A DNA stretch of 64,000 nt. Source: the human T2T-CHM13v2.0 reference genome, Homo sapiens. The DNA lies in assembly GCA_009914755.4 (NCBI GenBank), contig CP068257.2, positions 8,064,001-8,128,000 of the forward strand, in the 5' to 3' direction. The translations under genes and the position numbers were made by a program. Below the pieces are notes generated by a model, which had not been told where the DNA came from, searched no databases, and saw only the letters and a list, made by a program, of their open reading frames with translations. Positions 14,001-27,435 of this stretch are shown here, one piece after another (the first letter of the stretch is position 1; the number at the start of each line of letters is the position of its first letter).

Positions 14001-15639
14001 AAATGTGAAAAGAATGAATGGTAAAGTTTTTAACAACATAATTTAACCTTCTAGAATATGAATGTTGGTCTATTTGATGATGTCCCACAGATTCCTTAGT
14101 CTCTGCTCATTTTTTATCTGTTTCTCAGAGTCGATATTTTCCATTTTCTTATCTTCAAGCTCATGACTTCTTCTGTGTGTGCAAATATACTCTTAAATCC
14201 CCCTGGTGATTTTTTAATTTTCATCATTGTAGTTTTCCACTCCAGAATTTCTGTTATCTCTTTGTTGATAGTCCTACTTTTTAATATTTTTTTCTGATTC
14301 CTTTATTTCTTTGTTTCTGTTTTCCTTTTGACATTTGAGTATCATTAAGATAGTTGTTTTAAAGTCTTTGTCTAGTAAGTTTGATATCTGGGTTTCCTTA
14401 GAGATATTTTCTGTCAATTTATTTTGTTCCTTTGAATGAGCCATACTTTCCCATTCTTCGTATGCCTTGTAACTTTTTGAAAACTGGACATTATAAGAAT
14501 TATAATTACTATGTGGTTACTCTGTATATCAGACCCCCCCCTACAAACACACTAATGTTTTGTTGTTTTAAGTTTTATTTACTTATTATTGTTAAGGTTT
14601 TAATTTTTAGTGAAATTTTCCAAAGTGATTTACAAAACTGTTTGCTTTATAAGGTGTGGTCACCGAAGTCTTTTTGTTTCCTTAACAAATGTTAAGCTAA
14701 TGTTTTGACAGTGATTTTCTTGTATGTCAGGAGCTAAGCAAACAGGCAAATACAACAAAAAAAGAAAAACAAGGAATCATTATCCAATAAAATATGTCTC
14801 TGGGCCATGCAGACTGGCTTTGTGCTGGGTTCTTTAATGCCGGCACAAAGTGTGTGTTCACTCTTGCACTGAGTGAAGTTCAAGTTCACTCTTGCTCAGA
14901 GCTTGAACTGAGGGGAGGGATCTGCCAAGGTAAAAGTGTAGGGTCTTCTTATGACATTTGTCAGCATGTGGCTTAACCTATGCATACATGTGACTTTCTA
15001 GACACTCCCATGTCCGTGAATGATTTTGAATGTCTTAGTTTTCCAAATACTCTTCTCCAACTTTTCTTCCTGTGCTGAAGGTGATCTACTATATGTGTAA
15101 ACTCTAATTTTTGCCCTAAGCATCTGTGGTTTGTTAGGTCTCCTTGCATAGTTTCTTAATAATGTCCATTCGTTATCTGTTCTGTATTCTAGCAACACAG
15201 AAGAAAAAAAAGCCTTTCATTAGTCCTTTAGGTATCCCCCAGACCAGTCAGAACAGACACATAACAATTTGCGGGTAAGATCTTCTCTTGTTCCTCTGGA
15301 CCATGGACCAGGGTTCCTCACTGGGAACGTGGGCTTCTGACACTTCAAAACTGCCAATTTGCTGGGGCAAAGGCAAGTTAAAAATGTCATAAAGTTTTCA
15401 AGTTGTCTTTTTCTTGAGTCTGCTTTCACTTGGTTGTTGTAATCTTTTGACCATTTTCCAGAGTTTTGGCAAAGTTTATCGACAGTTTCTCTTAGTTGTG
15501 TGATGTTTCTGTGGGGAAATGAAAGATTGCAGCTGTCTCCACTGCTGTTTTGCTGATGCTCCTCTTTTGTCAATTTTTGCTTCATGTTATTATGCTTTGC
15601 TATTAGTTCATGTATTAGTTTTCTAGGTTTGCCATAACC

Positions 15640-16010
15640 AACTAACACAAACTGGGTGCCTTGAACAACATACATTTATAGTCTTATAGTCCTGGAAGCT
15701 AAAAGTCTGAGATTGAGGTGTCAGCAGGGATGGTTCCTTCAAGGGCTATGAGAGAAAGTCTGTTCTATGCCTTGTTTCTAGCTTCTGGTGGTTTAGTGGC
15801 AGTCTTTAGCATTCCTTGGCTAATCTCTGCCCTCATAATCACATGGTACTCTCCCTGTGTGTATGTCTCCCTCTACTCAAATTTTTTCTTTTTATAAGGA
15901 CATCAGTCATATGGAATTCAGGCTCATCTGATTTTATCTTAACTTGATCACCTGCAAAGAACCTATTTCCTAATGAGGTCATATTCAGTGGTTAGGATTT
16001 CAGCATCTAT
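15640..16010 (+). mobile_element. Ancient interspersed repeat relic (LTR/MaLR-like 'ACAAACTGGGTG…TCTGGAGGCTAGAAGTC…TATAAGGACA…GTCAT' family), family not resolved
   Basis: acaaactgggtgccttgaacaacatacatttatagtc…ctggaagctaaaagtctgagattgaggtgtcagcaggg…ttataaggacatcagtcatatggaattcaggctcatctgattttatcttaacttgatcacctgcaaagaacctatttcctaatgaggtcatattcagtggttaggatttcagcatctat resembles a very abundant old mammalian repeat. I recognise the pattern but not its exact name. Confidence 0.45.
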
Positions 16011-16708
16011 ATAGAGGAAACAATTTAGCTCCTATCTGTGTATACATGATTGTAATAGCTATGTCTTCCAAAAGCGTTGACCCCCTTATTACTACAATAT
16101 AAATTTTTAAAATCCTATTCACCTTTTTAATAGTCTATATCGTGTGTTATGAGTATAATGAGTTCAGTGTTCTTATGATTGCTCTTTGCATGATATTTTT
16201 TATCATCTTTTTACTTTCAATCCATTAGTATCCTTGCATCTCCGGGTATATTGGGATCACTTGTTTTAATCCAGTCCGACAATCTCTGCCTCTTTATTGG
16301 ACTTTAATCTGCTCACATTTAATATTATAATTGGTATAATTCTATTTATGTCTGCCATTTTACAGTTTGTTTTCTATATTTCCCAAATATTTTTCTTTAT
16401 TTCTTTATTTTGCAATGAATGAATATTTTCTAAAACAGGGAACTTTAGATTACTAATGAATTATTTTACTATATATTTTTGAGAATTTTTGTTGTTGTTG
16501 TAAGTTTACCATATAAGTATATGGAAAACTAGTTATTCAAATCGTCTTCCAATTTATACTAATAAACTTTCAGTAATACATAGAAACATCATTATTATAC
16601 AAATCTCTTTTATTTCCTCCATTTTAAAGTATTATCACTTTACACATTACATCTATTAAAGTCACAAAGCCAACAATACATTTTAGTAATTATTACTTTA
16701 CCATCTAG

Positions 16709-17120
<412 letters not shown>

Positions 17121-19049
17121 GTTATACACATATTATTTTATAAACAATTTATGATAAAGAGAAAACATGCATTTATACTGTCTTTTATAATGTTAATATT
17201 ACCTATACCAGTGTTTTTTAAAAAATGTGCATTCAAATGACTGTCTTGTGTAACTTGTTTTTAGCCTTAGGAATTTATTTTAGTTTTTTTTTTTTTTTAT
17301 ATGGTAGGTCTGCCAGCAACAACTTCAGTTAATATTTCTGTTTATTTGGGTAAGTCTTTGTGTTATCTTCATTTTTGAAAAATAATTGCTGGATAAGGAA
17401 TTGGTGGCTGACAGTTTATTTTCCTTTGCATCTTTTGACTAGATTATTCTACAGCCTCTTGCCTTCCATTGTTTCTCTTAAGTCAGCTGTTACTCTTACA
17501 AAACATAGGTGCTCAAAAAATAAACATGTGCATGAATATTTACAGCAGTAATATTTATACAGTCAAAAAGTGGAAACAATCCATGTGCTTGTTGACTCAT
17601 AAATGGACACCCAATTTCCAGCTATAACAAAGAATGAAGTACTTATACATGGTATAATATGGGTGAAATTTGAAAGCATTATGTTAAGTTCACAGAAGGA
17701 CAAACATTACTTGATTTTATTCACATGAAACATCAGGAATCGGCAAATCAATTGGGATATAAATCAGATTAGTGGTCATTAGGGCTCAGGGAAGCAGAAT
17801 AGGGTGTAACAACTTAATGCATAATGGGCTTTTAGAAGGGACATGATGAAATTATCCTGGAACATTGTGAATATTCTGAAAGCAATTGCATTGTATGTTT
17901 TAAAATGGTTAAGTTATTAATTTCATATTATGTGATTTTTGCCTTAGAAAACAAAAAAGAGAAAATAGCCTTACTGTATATACAAAAAACTCAAGATGTG
18001 TTACAAATTTATATGTGAAATCCAAAATACTGTAATATTTAAGGGATAGCTAAGTAGAATAACACTAAAATTTAACATAATGAAATATTTCCTTAAAAAA
18101 GAAAAAAGCACAGTAATTAAAAAGGGAGATATAGTTAATATTTTTTCCCTCCATTAAGCATACCATTAACTGATTAAAAAATCAAGCTGCAATTATGTAA
18201 ACTACATTTTCTGAAACCATAAAGAAAATAAGAAATGAAAAGGGATTTGGGAAAAAAATCCAAAGGTACAGTCAACTACACAAAAAAAGCTTAATCTCAT
18301 TAATCATTATGAAAATGCAAATTGTAGTTGAAATAAGATAAAACTACAATTCAAAGAGAAAGCCTAAAATTTCAACCCCCCCAAAATTCTGGGTTTTGCA
18401 GAGCTGGGATGGAATAGGGCTCCTAACCTTACAACAATGTAATAACAAAACTAAATTCAAAGTCATGACTTTATTTTTATAGCAACCAGGTTGCCAAGAA
18501 CTGAGTCAAAATGTCAGGGAAAGCAAGCACCTGCAAGGAGAAAGGGGACAGATGCACTTACATAGGACAGATGCAAATAGACACCACTATGACAAGTAAA
18601 GCTGGAATAATCAATAAATTCCTAAAGACAAAGTGGGGCTGGTCAGATTGGGAGATGACTGACAGCTGCAGAAGTTGGGAAAGATCCATCATCTTGAAAA
18701 CTTTTTCCCCACAAACCCACTGTGATCTCTCAAGCAATTGGTAAGGAATCCAAGAGAGTCTGTATATGATACAGATCAGGGAGAGCAGAACACTTGGGAG
18801 GTGACCAGGTCTTGGGGGCCGAGCCCTTTTGAATAGGATTAGTGCCTTTATAAAATAAGCTCAATGGAGTTCTTGTGTGTCTTCCACTACGTGAGGACAT
18901 AGAAAGAAGGCACCATCTATGAACCATGAAATGGGCTCTCATCAAAACTGAATTTGTGAGCATTTTGACCTGAGATCTTACAGCCTCAAGAAGTGTGAAA
19001 AAAGAAATATCTGTTGTTTTTTAGTCACCCAGTTCATGTTATTTTGTTA

Positions 19050-19935
19050 TAAGAATCCAAATAGACCAAGATATTCCACTTAATATGTAGGGGAAGGTAA
19101 CAAAAACTGACACACCTAGAATACTCATGATGCTGGGAGTATGAAAACAGGAAAAACAAAACAAAACTGCTCTTGAAGGTGAAGGAGGAATATACTGAGC
19201 TCACCAACACAGCCAGGAAAAGAACAGAAGTGTGAGAAGGCTACATTCCTGAGACCCTGAGAAAAAGTACCTGCATAAGACTGAGATGAAATTACCTACC
19301 CTAGTTATAATTGAAATCCCAAAAAGAAAAGAGGAAAAAATAATGGAGCAAAAGAAATATTTTTCAAAATAACTGCCAAATATATTCTAAAAGAAGTGAC
19401 AGAAAATCAAATTTTAGATATAAGAAACTCAGAGAATGTCAAATAGAACAAAAATAAATAAGAATTACATCTTGGAAAATCTTTAAAAAATCAACTCTAA
19501 ATTTTATATCTTGCTCCAAATATATAGAGATATAAATAGTTTATCATCAAGATATGGAGAAAGCCATATCATGGAAACACTAAAATAAAGCTGCGGAAGG
19601 ACGACATTGATATTAGACACAACAGAGTTCAGAACAAGAAATAGTATCAGAGATGAGAGATAATAGATAATATAATAATCAATTCTCAAGAAGATGTAAA
19701 CATCCTACTAATTAGGGTATGCAGCTAACAAAAGAACCTCCAAATACATGAGGTAAAACATGAAAGAATTCAAAGGTGAACTAGAAAAATCCAAAATTAT
19801 ATTTGCAGACTTCAAAACTTTTGTCTTAGTAAGGGACAGACTAGGCACAGACTCAGTAATCATATGGAAGATAAGAACAATATCACCAACAAGACACCCA
19901 ATCTTCAATGGCAGATACTCTTTCCTTTCAAGTGA
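19050..19935 (+). mobile_element. Old L1 (LINE-1) fragment covering the ORF1 end, inter-ORF region and ORF2 N-terminus (endonuclease region), plus orientation. It is 3'-truncated and carries many stop codons.
   Basis: Seen in sequence. 19,600-19,930 aligns by eye to the start of L1 ORF2 (…AAAGCTGCGGAAGGACGACATTGATATTAGACACAACAGAGTTCAGAACAAGAAATAGTATCAGAGATGAGAGATAATAGATAATATAATAATCAATTCTCAAGAAGATGTAAACATCCTACTAATTAGGGTATGCAGCTAACAAAAGAACCTCCAAATACATGAGGTAAAACATGAAAGAATTCAAAGGTGAACTAGAAAAATCCAAAATTATATTTGCAGACTTCAAAACT… compared with the consensus …ATATTAATATCAGACAAAATAGACTTCAGAACAAAGAATATTACCAGAGATAAAGAGGGACATTACATAATGATAAAAGGGTCAATTCACCAAGAAGACATAACAATCCTAAATGTGTATGCACCTAACAACAGAGCCTCAAAATACATGAAGCAAAAACTGATAGAACTGAAAGGAGAAATAGACAAATCCACAATTATAGTTGGAGACTTCAAC). 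The reading frame is broken. Confidence 0.7.
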
Positions 19936-19993
19936 AAAAAAAAAAACAGTATGGCATATACTCTAACAAACCCAGAATTTCTAATATTTGCGG

Positions 19994-20465
19994 TCTTCCT
20001 TCCTTCTTTCCATCTTCCATTTTCTCTTTCCTTCCCTTGCCTTCTTCCTTCCTTTCTTCTTTTCCTCTTCCTTTTCTTTTCTTTTCCTTTTTCTTTTTTT
20101 TCTCCTTCCTTCCTTCTTTGCTTCCTTCTTTCTTTCCTCTGATTCTTCCTTCCCTCCTCCCTCCCTTCCTTTCTCCCTCCCTTCTTTTCTTCCTTCTTTT
20201 CTCTTATTCTTTCTTTCTCACTTCCTTGCTTTCTTTCTTTTTTTCTCCCGTCCTCCCTCCCTCCTTTTCTTCCTTCCTCCCTCCCTTCCTTTCCTCATTT
20301 TTCCTTCCTTCCTTCCTTCCTTTTCCTCTTTATTTTCTTTCTTTGCCTTCCTCCCTTTTACCGTTCTCTCTTCCTCCTTTCCTTCCTCCCTTCCTCCTTC
20401 CTTTCTTTCTTTCTCACTTTCTTTCTCTCTCTGTTTCTTTCTTTCCCTTTCTTTCTTTCTTTTTT

Positions 20466-20509
<44 letters not shown>

Positions 20510-20688
20510 GTGTTCTTTCTTTCTTTTTTCTCCCTTCCTGCCTTTCTCCCTTCCTCCCTCCCTCCCTTCCTTCCTTCTCTCATTTCCTCCTTCTTTTCTT
20601 TCTTCTTTCTTTCTTTCCTTCCTTCCTTCTTTCCTTCCTTCTTTTTACTTTCTTTCTTTTCTTTTCTTTCTTTCTCTTTACTACAATT
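19994..20688. repeat. About 700 bp polypyrimidine (CTTY)n/(TTCC)n/(CTTT)n microsatellite tract. The + strand is pyrimidine, the - strand is a (GAAR)n purine tract.
   Basis: ccttccttcctttcttcttttcctcttcc… continues without purines for about 700 bp. ORFs 19908-20752(+) give periodic SFLP/FLSF peptides and 20218-20748(-) gives periodic KERK peptides. These are artefacts. Confidence 0.95.
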
Positions 20689-21036
20689 CATATTATTAAA
20701 AAAATTAATACAGGGAGGAAGAAAAATAAAGAACATTTTAATCTGCATGTAAATAGATTATGTCTGCTGTAGACAAAAGGATGGCCTCCCAAAATTGTTC
20801 ATGTCCTAATTCCCAGAATCTAACATACAAATAGGTTACATGGCAGTGGAAAATTAGATTTCAAGTGAAATTAAGGTTGCAATAAAATGATGGAGAGATT
20901 ATCTTAAATGGTGGGGATCAATGAAATCACAAGCTTCCTTATAAGTGAAAGAAGAAGGCAGAAGAAAGGCAACCATGGAGGTGGTGGCATGAGAAATTAC
21001 TCAACATCACTGACTTTTAAGATACAAGAATGAGGA

Positions 21037-21421
<385 letters not shown>

Positions 21422-22555
21422 TCAGAAAGACTGCAGCCCTGCCCAAAACTTGATGTTAGCCCTGTGAGTCTCATTTAAGGCTTCTGAACTCCAGAACTGT
21501 AGGCTTAACAGTCACTTTATTGTAAGATATGTATTTCGTGATAATTTGTTACAGCAGCAAGAGGAAGTTTATATAGTAATTGTATCATGAAAATGAGAAC
21601 CATAATTTACAACTGCTTTTAATACTGCACTTGGATGTTTGAAATCACGTACATGGAAATGATCTCTATGTGTATGAGGGAGGATAGCAAATTGATGTCA
21701 AAATAACGCAAATACAATCTTAAACTTATTTCTATGTAGGTTTCTTTTAATCTTTGAAATTAAAATGAAATTAAAGAATTATGATATTTTGATGAAATTA
21801 GACTAAAATGAACAATAAGAAAATAAGAACTTACTTGTATTCTTTATATGGTCAGTAAAGAAGTGATAGTGGAAAAAAACAAGGTCAAATGAAGGTGATG
21901 ATTTAGGAAGTTGGAAAGATAGCCTAAACTACAAAATGGTATATAACTAGTGAACACTTAGACACACTGATTGATGAACTTCAGCTTTTGGATTGGTGAG
22001 AGCATAAAATGAGAGCAGCTGAGGTTTGCAAATCTGCAATCTCCTTGTGGAAAAACAGGCGAAAACACATTTCAGCCTAATAAGATTTACCTACTAATGA
22101 GTCAAGACTTGATCCATTTGTCCTCGTAATTCAAAAGCTAATTCAAATACTGATTTGATATATTGTGTGAACAACCGTTGCTGATTATCATCGCATACCT
22201 GGCATTCTCTTTTATCTGATATCTAAAATATTTGGTAATTCCTGGACTTTCTCTTTTCAAACCCAGTACAGTTTAATTTCAATCTTAGAACAGTTGTCTT
22301 TGAGAAATTCTTCCCTCTACTGCATCTGTGAATGGGCATAGCATGGTTACATACGTACTATCACCACAGAGAACATTTGTTGAATTAAAGCCAAAGTTTA
22401 AAGCAACAGCTTTAACTCACTGGTTTTACTAATATTTTCCTACCCAATAGCCACAAAAATATTGATACCCTCACACCTTTTAACATAAAGCTTGGTGTTG
22501 TCTATTTTTCAGGTGCTGTCATCTATATGATCTCAGTATTTTAAAAATCAGCTTC

Positions 22556-22848
<293 letters not shown>

Positions 22849-24450
22849 TATATATAATACAAATAAAAATCAGCTCTCATTGATTTCTACATAAATATTC
22901 ACAGGTGATGTCCATGTAGAATTAAATAATAATATATCTGACAATGGGTCCATATGATCTTCAAAATGTAAAATGCCTATCTGTGTAATTGACTGCTCAA
23001 TCTAATTAACGAATATTGATTCAATTCTACTTTCTTGTTCTAGATAAATTATGTAATCTAGCTTTTCGTTTCACTTATTTATTGATAACAACAGGAAGAA
23101 TGACAAGATATCTATTCTGGAAAATTACTCTTGTAGGAGTAAAGATGAAACAAAGATAGAATTGCATGGAAAACTAGAAAAAAGTATGGTCTTCCAATAA
23201 TCTATCACATCATATACAAAAGGCCTCATAAAACTCAGATATTTTATCTAAAAATGTTATTTTCATCTTAGGAATGATCAAAGCATGAGACTACAATTGT
23301 ATTAAAATGTGCTTGTATCACAAGCATAGGTGCTAAAAAGGAGGGGAAAATATCACTACTGATATTTTCAATGTATGTTTTACTTTTCATCAACATGAAC
23401 CTCATCTTGATATGATGCAGATTGAAGGAAATCACCCATAATTCCATCTGAAGAAGGCCTGTGATATTTTATGGGAAAATAAATAAAGAAAATGCTAACA
23501 GAAACCCTATTAAGCATGAAGCTCTATGGAGCAAAGACAAATCCAGTGGTGAAAGATACACACTCGAGTTCTGTTTGTTGTCTTGGAACAATACGGTTTA
23601 GAGGTGACTGGCGGGTGAGGAGAACATATGCGAGTTCACCAAACAGAAAAGTTGAATGAGGCAATGCCTCTTCCTGACCATATCTCTTACTCAGATAACT
23701 ATATAATTTATTGCCCAGTAAAGGGTATATTAAAAAATCATATTAAAAGTCAAGCAGTGAAGTTGTCCAGGGAAATCAAGACTTAACAGTCTCACTCTGA
23801 CAATAATGAACAGGGGGATTCCCTCAAGATAGACTAGGACATGACCCCACACTGGCAGGTAGTAGTACCAGAAAAGAACCCATGGAAAATCTTTACCTTA
23901 TGCTTGAGGTAGGGACCAGGCTAAAGTGAAAGCCAGACATAAAATTCTATCTAAAATAAATCCATAATCGAAGAAAATATGTGGTGTACAGGCATAAAAT
24001 GTCTTTACTGGATCATTGAAATAGTAAGATAAATTCAACTTTTTACATTGTTTTCTTTTCCTCCAGTTAGGGCTTGAGGTTTGTCTCTGGAGAGTGACTG
24101 TCAATTGGAGCCCTGCCTTTCTGGGGTTCTGGTCAGGGCGTTGTGGATGCTTAACATGTGCCTTTCACAGGACACTTCCTTACCCCAGCAGTGGCCAGGT
24201 GTGCATCCCACGACCAGGCCTCCCTCTCACAGAACATCTGTTGAGACTAGGAGATGCCTGGTGACTGTTGCCTGACCTGTGTCCTGTGTATTTCTGACAA
24301 GAGCCACTCTCAGAGACCCTGGCCAGGAGGAGAGTTAGGTTCCAGTGTAGGTCAGCTCAGACACATGGAGGCCACAGGACCAAACATGGGAAATCACAGA
24401 AGTGGTTTTATTACTCACAGATCCAGAGAGAAGAGGGTAGCTGAAAAGAG

Positions 24451-24790
24451 GGTTTAGCTGTGTCCCCAGCCAAATCTCATCTTGAATTCCCACATGTTGT
24501 GGGAGGGAACAGGTTGGAGGAAATTGAATCATGGGGGCAGGTCTTTCCCATGCTGTTCTTCTGATAGTGAATAAGTCTCACAAGATCTGATGGTTTTATA
24601 AAGGGGAGTTTCCCTGCACAAACTCTCTTGTCTTGTCTGCTGCCATGTGAGACGTGCCTTTCACCTTCTGCCATGATTGTGTGGCCTACCCAGACATGTG
24701 GAACTGTGCGTCTATTAAACCTCTTTCTTCTGGAAATTACCCAGTCTTGGGCATGTCTTTACCGGTGGTGTGAAAATGGACTAATACAGT
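24451..24790 (+). mobile_element. MaLR-family LTR (THE1/MST-type solo LTR), plus orientation
   Basis: GGTTTAGCTGTGTCCCCAGCCAAATCTCATCTTGAATTCCCACATGTTGTGGGAGGGAACAGGTTGGAGGAAATTGAATCATGGGGGCAGGTCTTTCCCATGCTGTTCTTCTGATAGTGAATAAGTCTCACAAGATCTGATGGTTTTATAAAGGGGAGTTTCCCTGCACAAACTCTCTTG…CACCTTCTGCCATGATTGTGTGGCCTACCCAGACATGTGGAACTGTGCGTCTATTAAACCTCTTTCTTCTGGAAATTACCCAGTCTTGGGCATGTCTTTACCGGTGGTGTGAAAATGGACTAATACAG matches the well-known THE1-type LTR consensus (TGATATGGTTTGGCTGTGTCCCCACCCAAATCTCATCTTGAATTGTAG…GACTAATACA) from memory. Confidence 0.8.
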
Positions 24791-27149
24791 AGCACACCTC
24801 ATACGGCTGAACAAAATGGGGAAGACGAGTGGGGAGCAAGAGAGAGAAAAGGGGTCTGTGGGACTCCAGCCTTTATTGGGCCCAGAACATTACCCAAATA
24901 TGTTTTCCTCGGGGCTCTAGTCAGTGGGGTGAGTGCCAGCAGGCATATTTCTTGGCTCCTGCTGCAACTGAGCAGGTCACTCTGGCGTTTGGGAGCTGTC
25001 CATGTGTGCTTTGAGGTCTGTGGAGTGAGTCAGGTAGGTTGTATCCAATGGTTCCATAGCTGGTAGTCACCAGGAGGAGGCAACTGTGTAGGGTCAATAT
25101 CTGGGCCAGCCACACTGAGGAACTGTGAGGAATTGTCAAGGGAATCTCAACCCAGCTACCATATGAGAGAGTTCAACTTACGTTCAATGTGAATGCCATG
25201 GCAATATTAAAAGGTAAGAATTTGCTCCATACGTGCTTGAGGTAAATAGGAGAAACCTAGAATTTATGCAAACAGTAAGAAGTTTGGATGCATTTTCTGT
25301 CACATATTTTAATACTAGCAGCATATTATATATGTCAATCCATCAGGCATTCAGAAGTACATGCTCATGAAAATTTTTTGCACCATCAGACAAAAGACAA
25401 GGGTAGAAAACAATTTTAACCCTATAAACACTAGTAAATTAAAAACAGAAGGACATTTATGTCCTAATATATCTATGTTGTGAAAGGCTACCCTGTGAAA
25501 TACGGGAATTCTTAAGCATATTTTAAAAATCATAGGTGTCAATATTTTTTAGAAATCCATTTAAATTTTCTCTTGCTACTTTACAATGCCTATTTATTTA
25601 TTTAGTGGTTTTGCTGATTTTGATGTATATCCTAAACTTTACATTTTCTTTAAAGTATGTTTTATACTACTTTATGTAAAATGTTTCAGTATCTTCACAT
25701 TCTCTCCCTGTCCTTTTGTTTTGCTCCTATATGGTGGCCTTGAGTCTTTCCTCTGGCTTTTCAAACCTAGTAAGACTAAGACACTAAAATAACTTTGCCC
25801 GTGGTTTGGTAATGCCTTCTAAAGCACGTCCTAAGCTCTCGTGCATACAGGGGTCTCCTTTGAGCTCTATGCTTTTGAGATCTCATATACCTAAATTCCA
25901 GTACTCCAAATCAGTACTGCTCAGTTTTAGTTACTAAGTTTAAAAATGTATTTTAATAGCAAGTTAGTTTAGTGCACTCTTACTTCTTTCTTTGCTGCTG
26001 GTATACGTGTATATTCCCTTAAATGAATCTTGGAATTTATTTAAAAATTTTAAATTATACTAATGAAACTGTATATTGTTGTGGATTCATAGGTGATTTT
26101 GGAAAGAATTTGTCTTTATGATACTAAATCCTTTTTATCCAAGAATCATATGGGCCTTTATTTTTATTCCAGTCTATATTTATATCACTGAGTAAATATA
26201 GAGAAATGTAGATACATACAGCTGTAGTCATAGATAGATACAAATATAGATATAACATGTTAAATCTATATCTATTGCATATAACATGTATACATGTTAT
26301 ATGTGTGTGTATATATATATGTTTGTGTTATTAAAGAGCTCCCTTAAAATTTTTCTTTTATTTCCTACATAATTTTAGGTTGAGCTTGAATTTTCCTTTT
26401 ATAAACAAGCAAATATTTATACTGGTTTTAATACTGAGGTTTAGACATTCTATCTTATTTTAGCATTGAATATTTTCACAATTATTGTATTATCTAATAA
26501 TAATGTAACTGTTAAAAATATTTAAAATTTTACCTTTGAATTATTTTATTTTGAATTTAAATTCCTTTAAGTATGATAGTAAATTTCTATTTTATGCTTT
26601 CTCTATGAATATGCAAATTAATCTATCCATTTCTCTATCTCTATGTAGTAACATATGAAAATCAAGCCTCTCTTCTTCTAATAGACATATACACGTTTGC
26701 ATATAGAATATCAGATTCTTTATAGCATTTAAAATCTTTAAAGACACGAATATTACCTTTTAACAAATATATTTTAGCATGTACTGAGAATCCCCTATTT
26801 ATTGTTTATTTGGAGTAATCAATATGATTATTAATATTATTGGATCACCAAATTTGGAATCACACTTTCATCCTCAAGGTAGATATTTGTTTTTTTTTTT
26901 TTTTTTTGCCAATTTCTTGTCTTACTGTTTCAAATACTGTTGGATATTATTTTTATTTTATTTGGCATTTTAGTATCAATATTTGTAAGTGATGTACTCT
27001 ACATATTTTTTCTTCAATATCTGGTAGGTTTTATAATTACTACTATATTGGATTTGTGGTAGACATTGACAAAAATTATTTCTGTATGTTTTATAGCTGT
27101 ATGAAGGAATCCAATATATTTTACCCCAAAATGTATTTCCGTGATATAT

Positions 27150-27435
27150 ATCAAAATGGCTATTCAGAAGGGCTGGAAATGCAAACTTAGCTGCAAAACT
27201 GTCTTGGGGAGATTTGCATCTGTAGAGAATCTACTTTGATGCAGCCAGGCTTTCTCTGAGGTCTGCTAATTTGCCTGGATCTAGGAAAGGTTAACTGAGC
27301 GTCTGAGGTCTCCAAAGGTCTGAAAGAAACATTTTCTCTCTATTCTCTCTGAGGACTGCTCCCAGTGAGGTTTCACCTACGTAATAAGTCCACTGTTGCT
27401 AGTCAGAGTCCTTTTCTCACATAATCTTTTTTTTT
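27150..27435 (+). mobile_element. Unidentified interspersed repeat, copy 1 (paralogous to 29,885-30,200). It may be an old L1 5'UTR-like start (…AAGATGGCT…).
   Basis: Shared blocks with copy 2: AAGATGGCTAYTCRGAAG…CTGGAAAT, …GGGGAGATTTGCATYTGTAGAGAA, CAGGCTTTCYCTGAG, GGTTAACTGAG…CTG…TCT, CTCTCTGTGAGGTTTCA (about 70-75% identity by eye). The family was not identified. Confidence 0.4.

Noticed and set aside
14040-15640. A possible L1 or DNA-transposon relic (T-rich, many short ORFs on the minus strand)
   Set aside because: Resemblance to repeat consensus is too weak for me to name a family or boundaries. I left it unannotated rather than guess.
15220-15675. A 151 aa minus-strand ORF, the longest ORF in non-satellite sequence
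   Set aside because: I recognise no domain. It lies in AT-rich sequence adjoining an ancient interspersed-repeat relic. It has no upstream CpG island, no plausible splice sites and no conservation cues. It is most likely a chance ORF in repeat-derived sequence. I cannot exclude a lineage-specific lncRNA ORF.
19908-20752. 263/254 aa ORFs (SFLPSFL…) on + and a 176 aa KERKKERK ORF on -
   Set aside because: This is translation of the 700 bp (CTTY)n/(GAAR)n tract.
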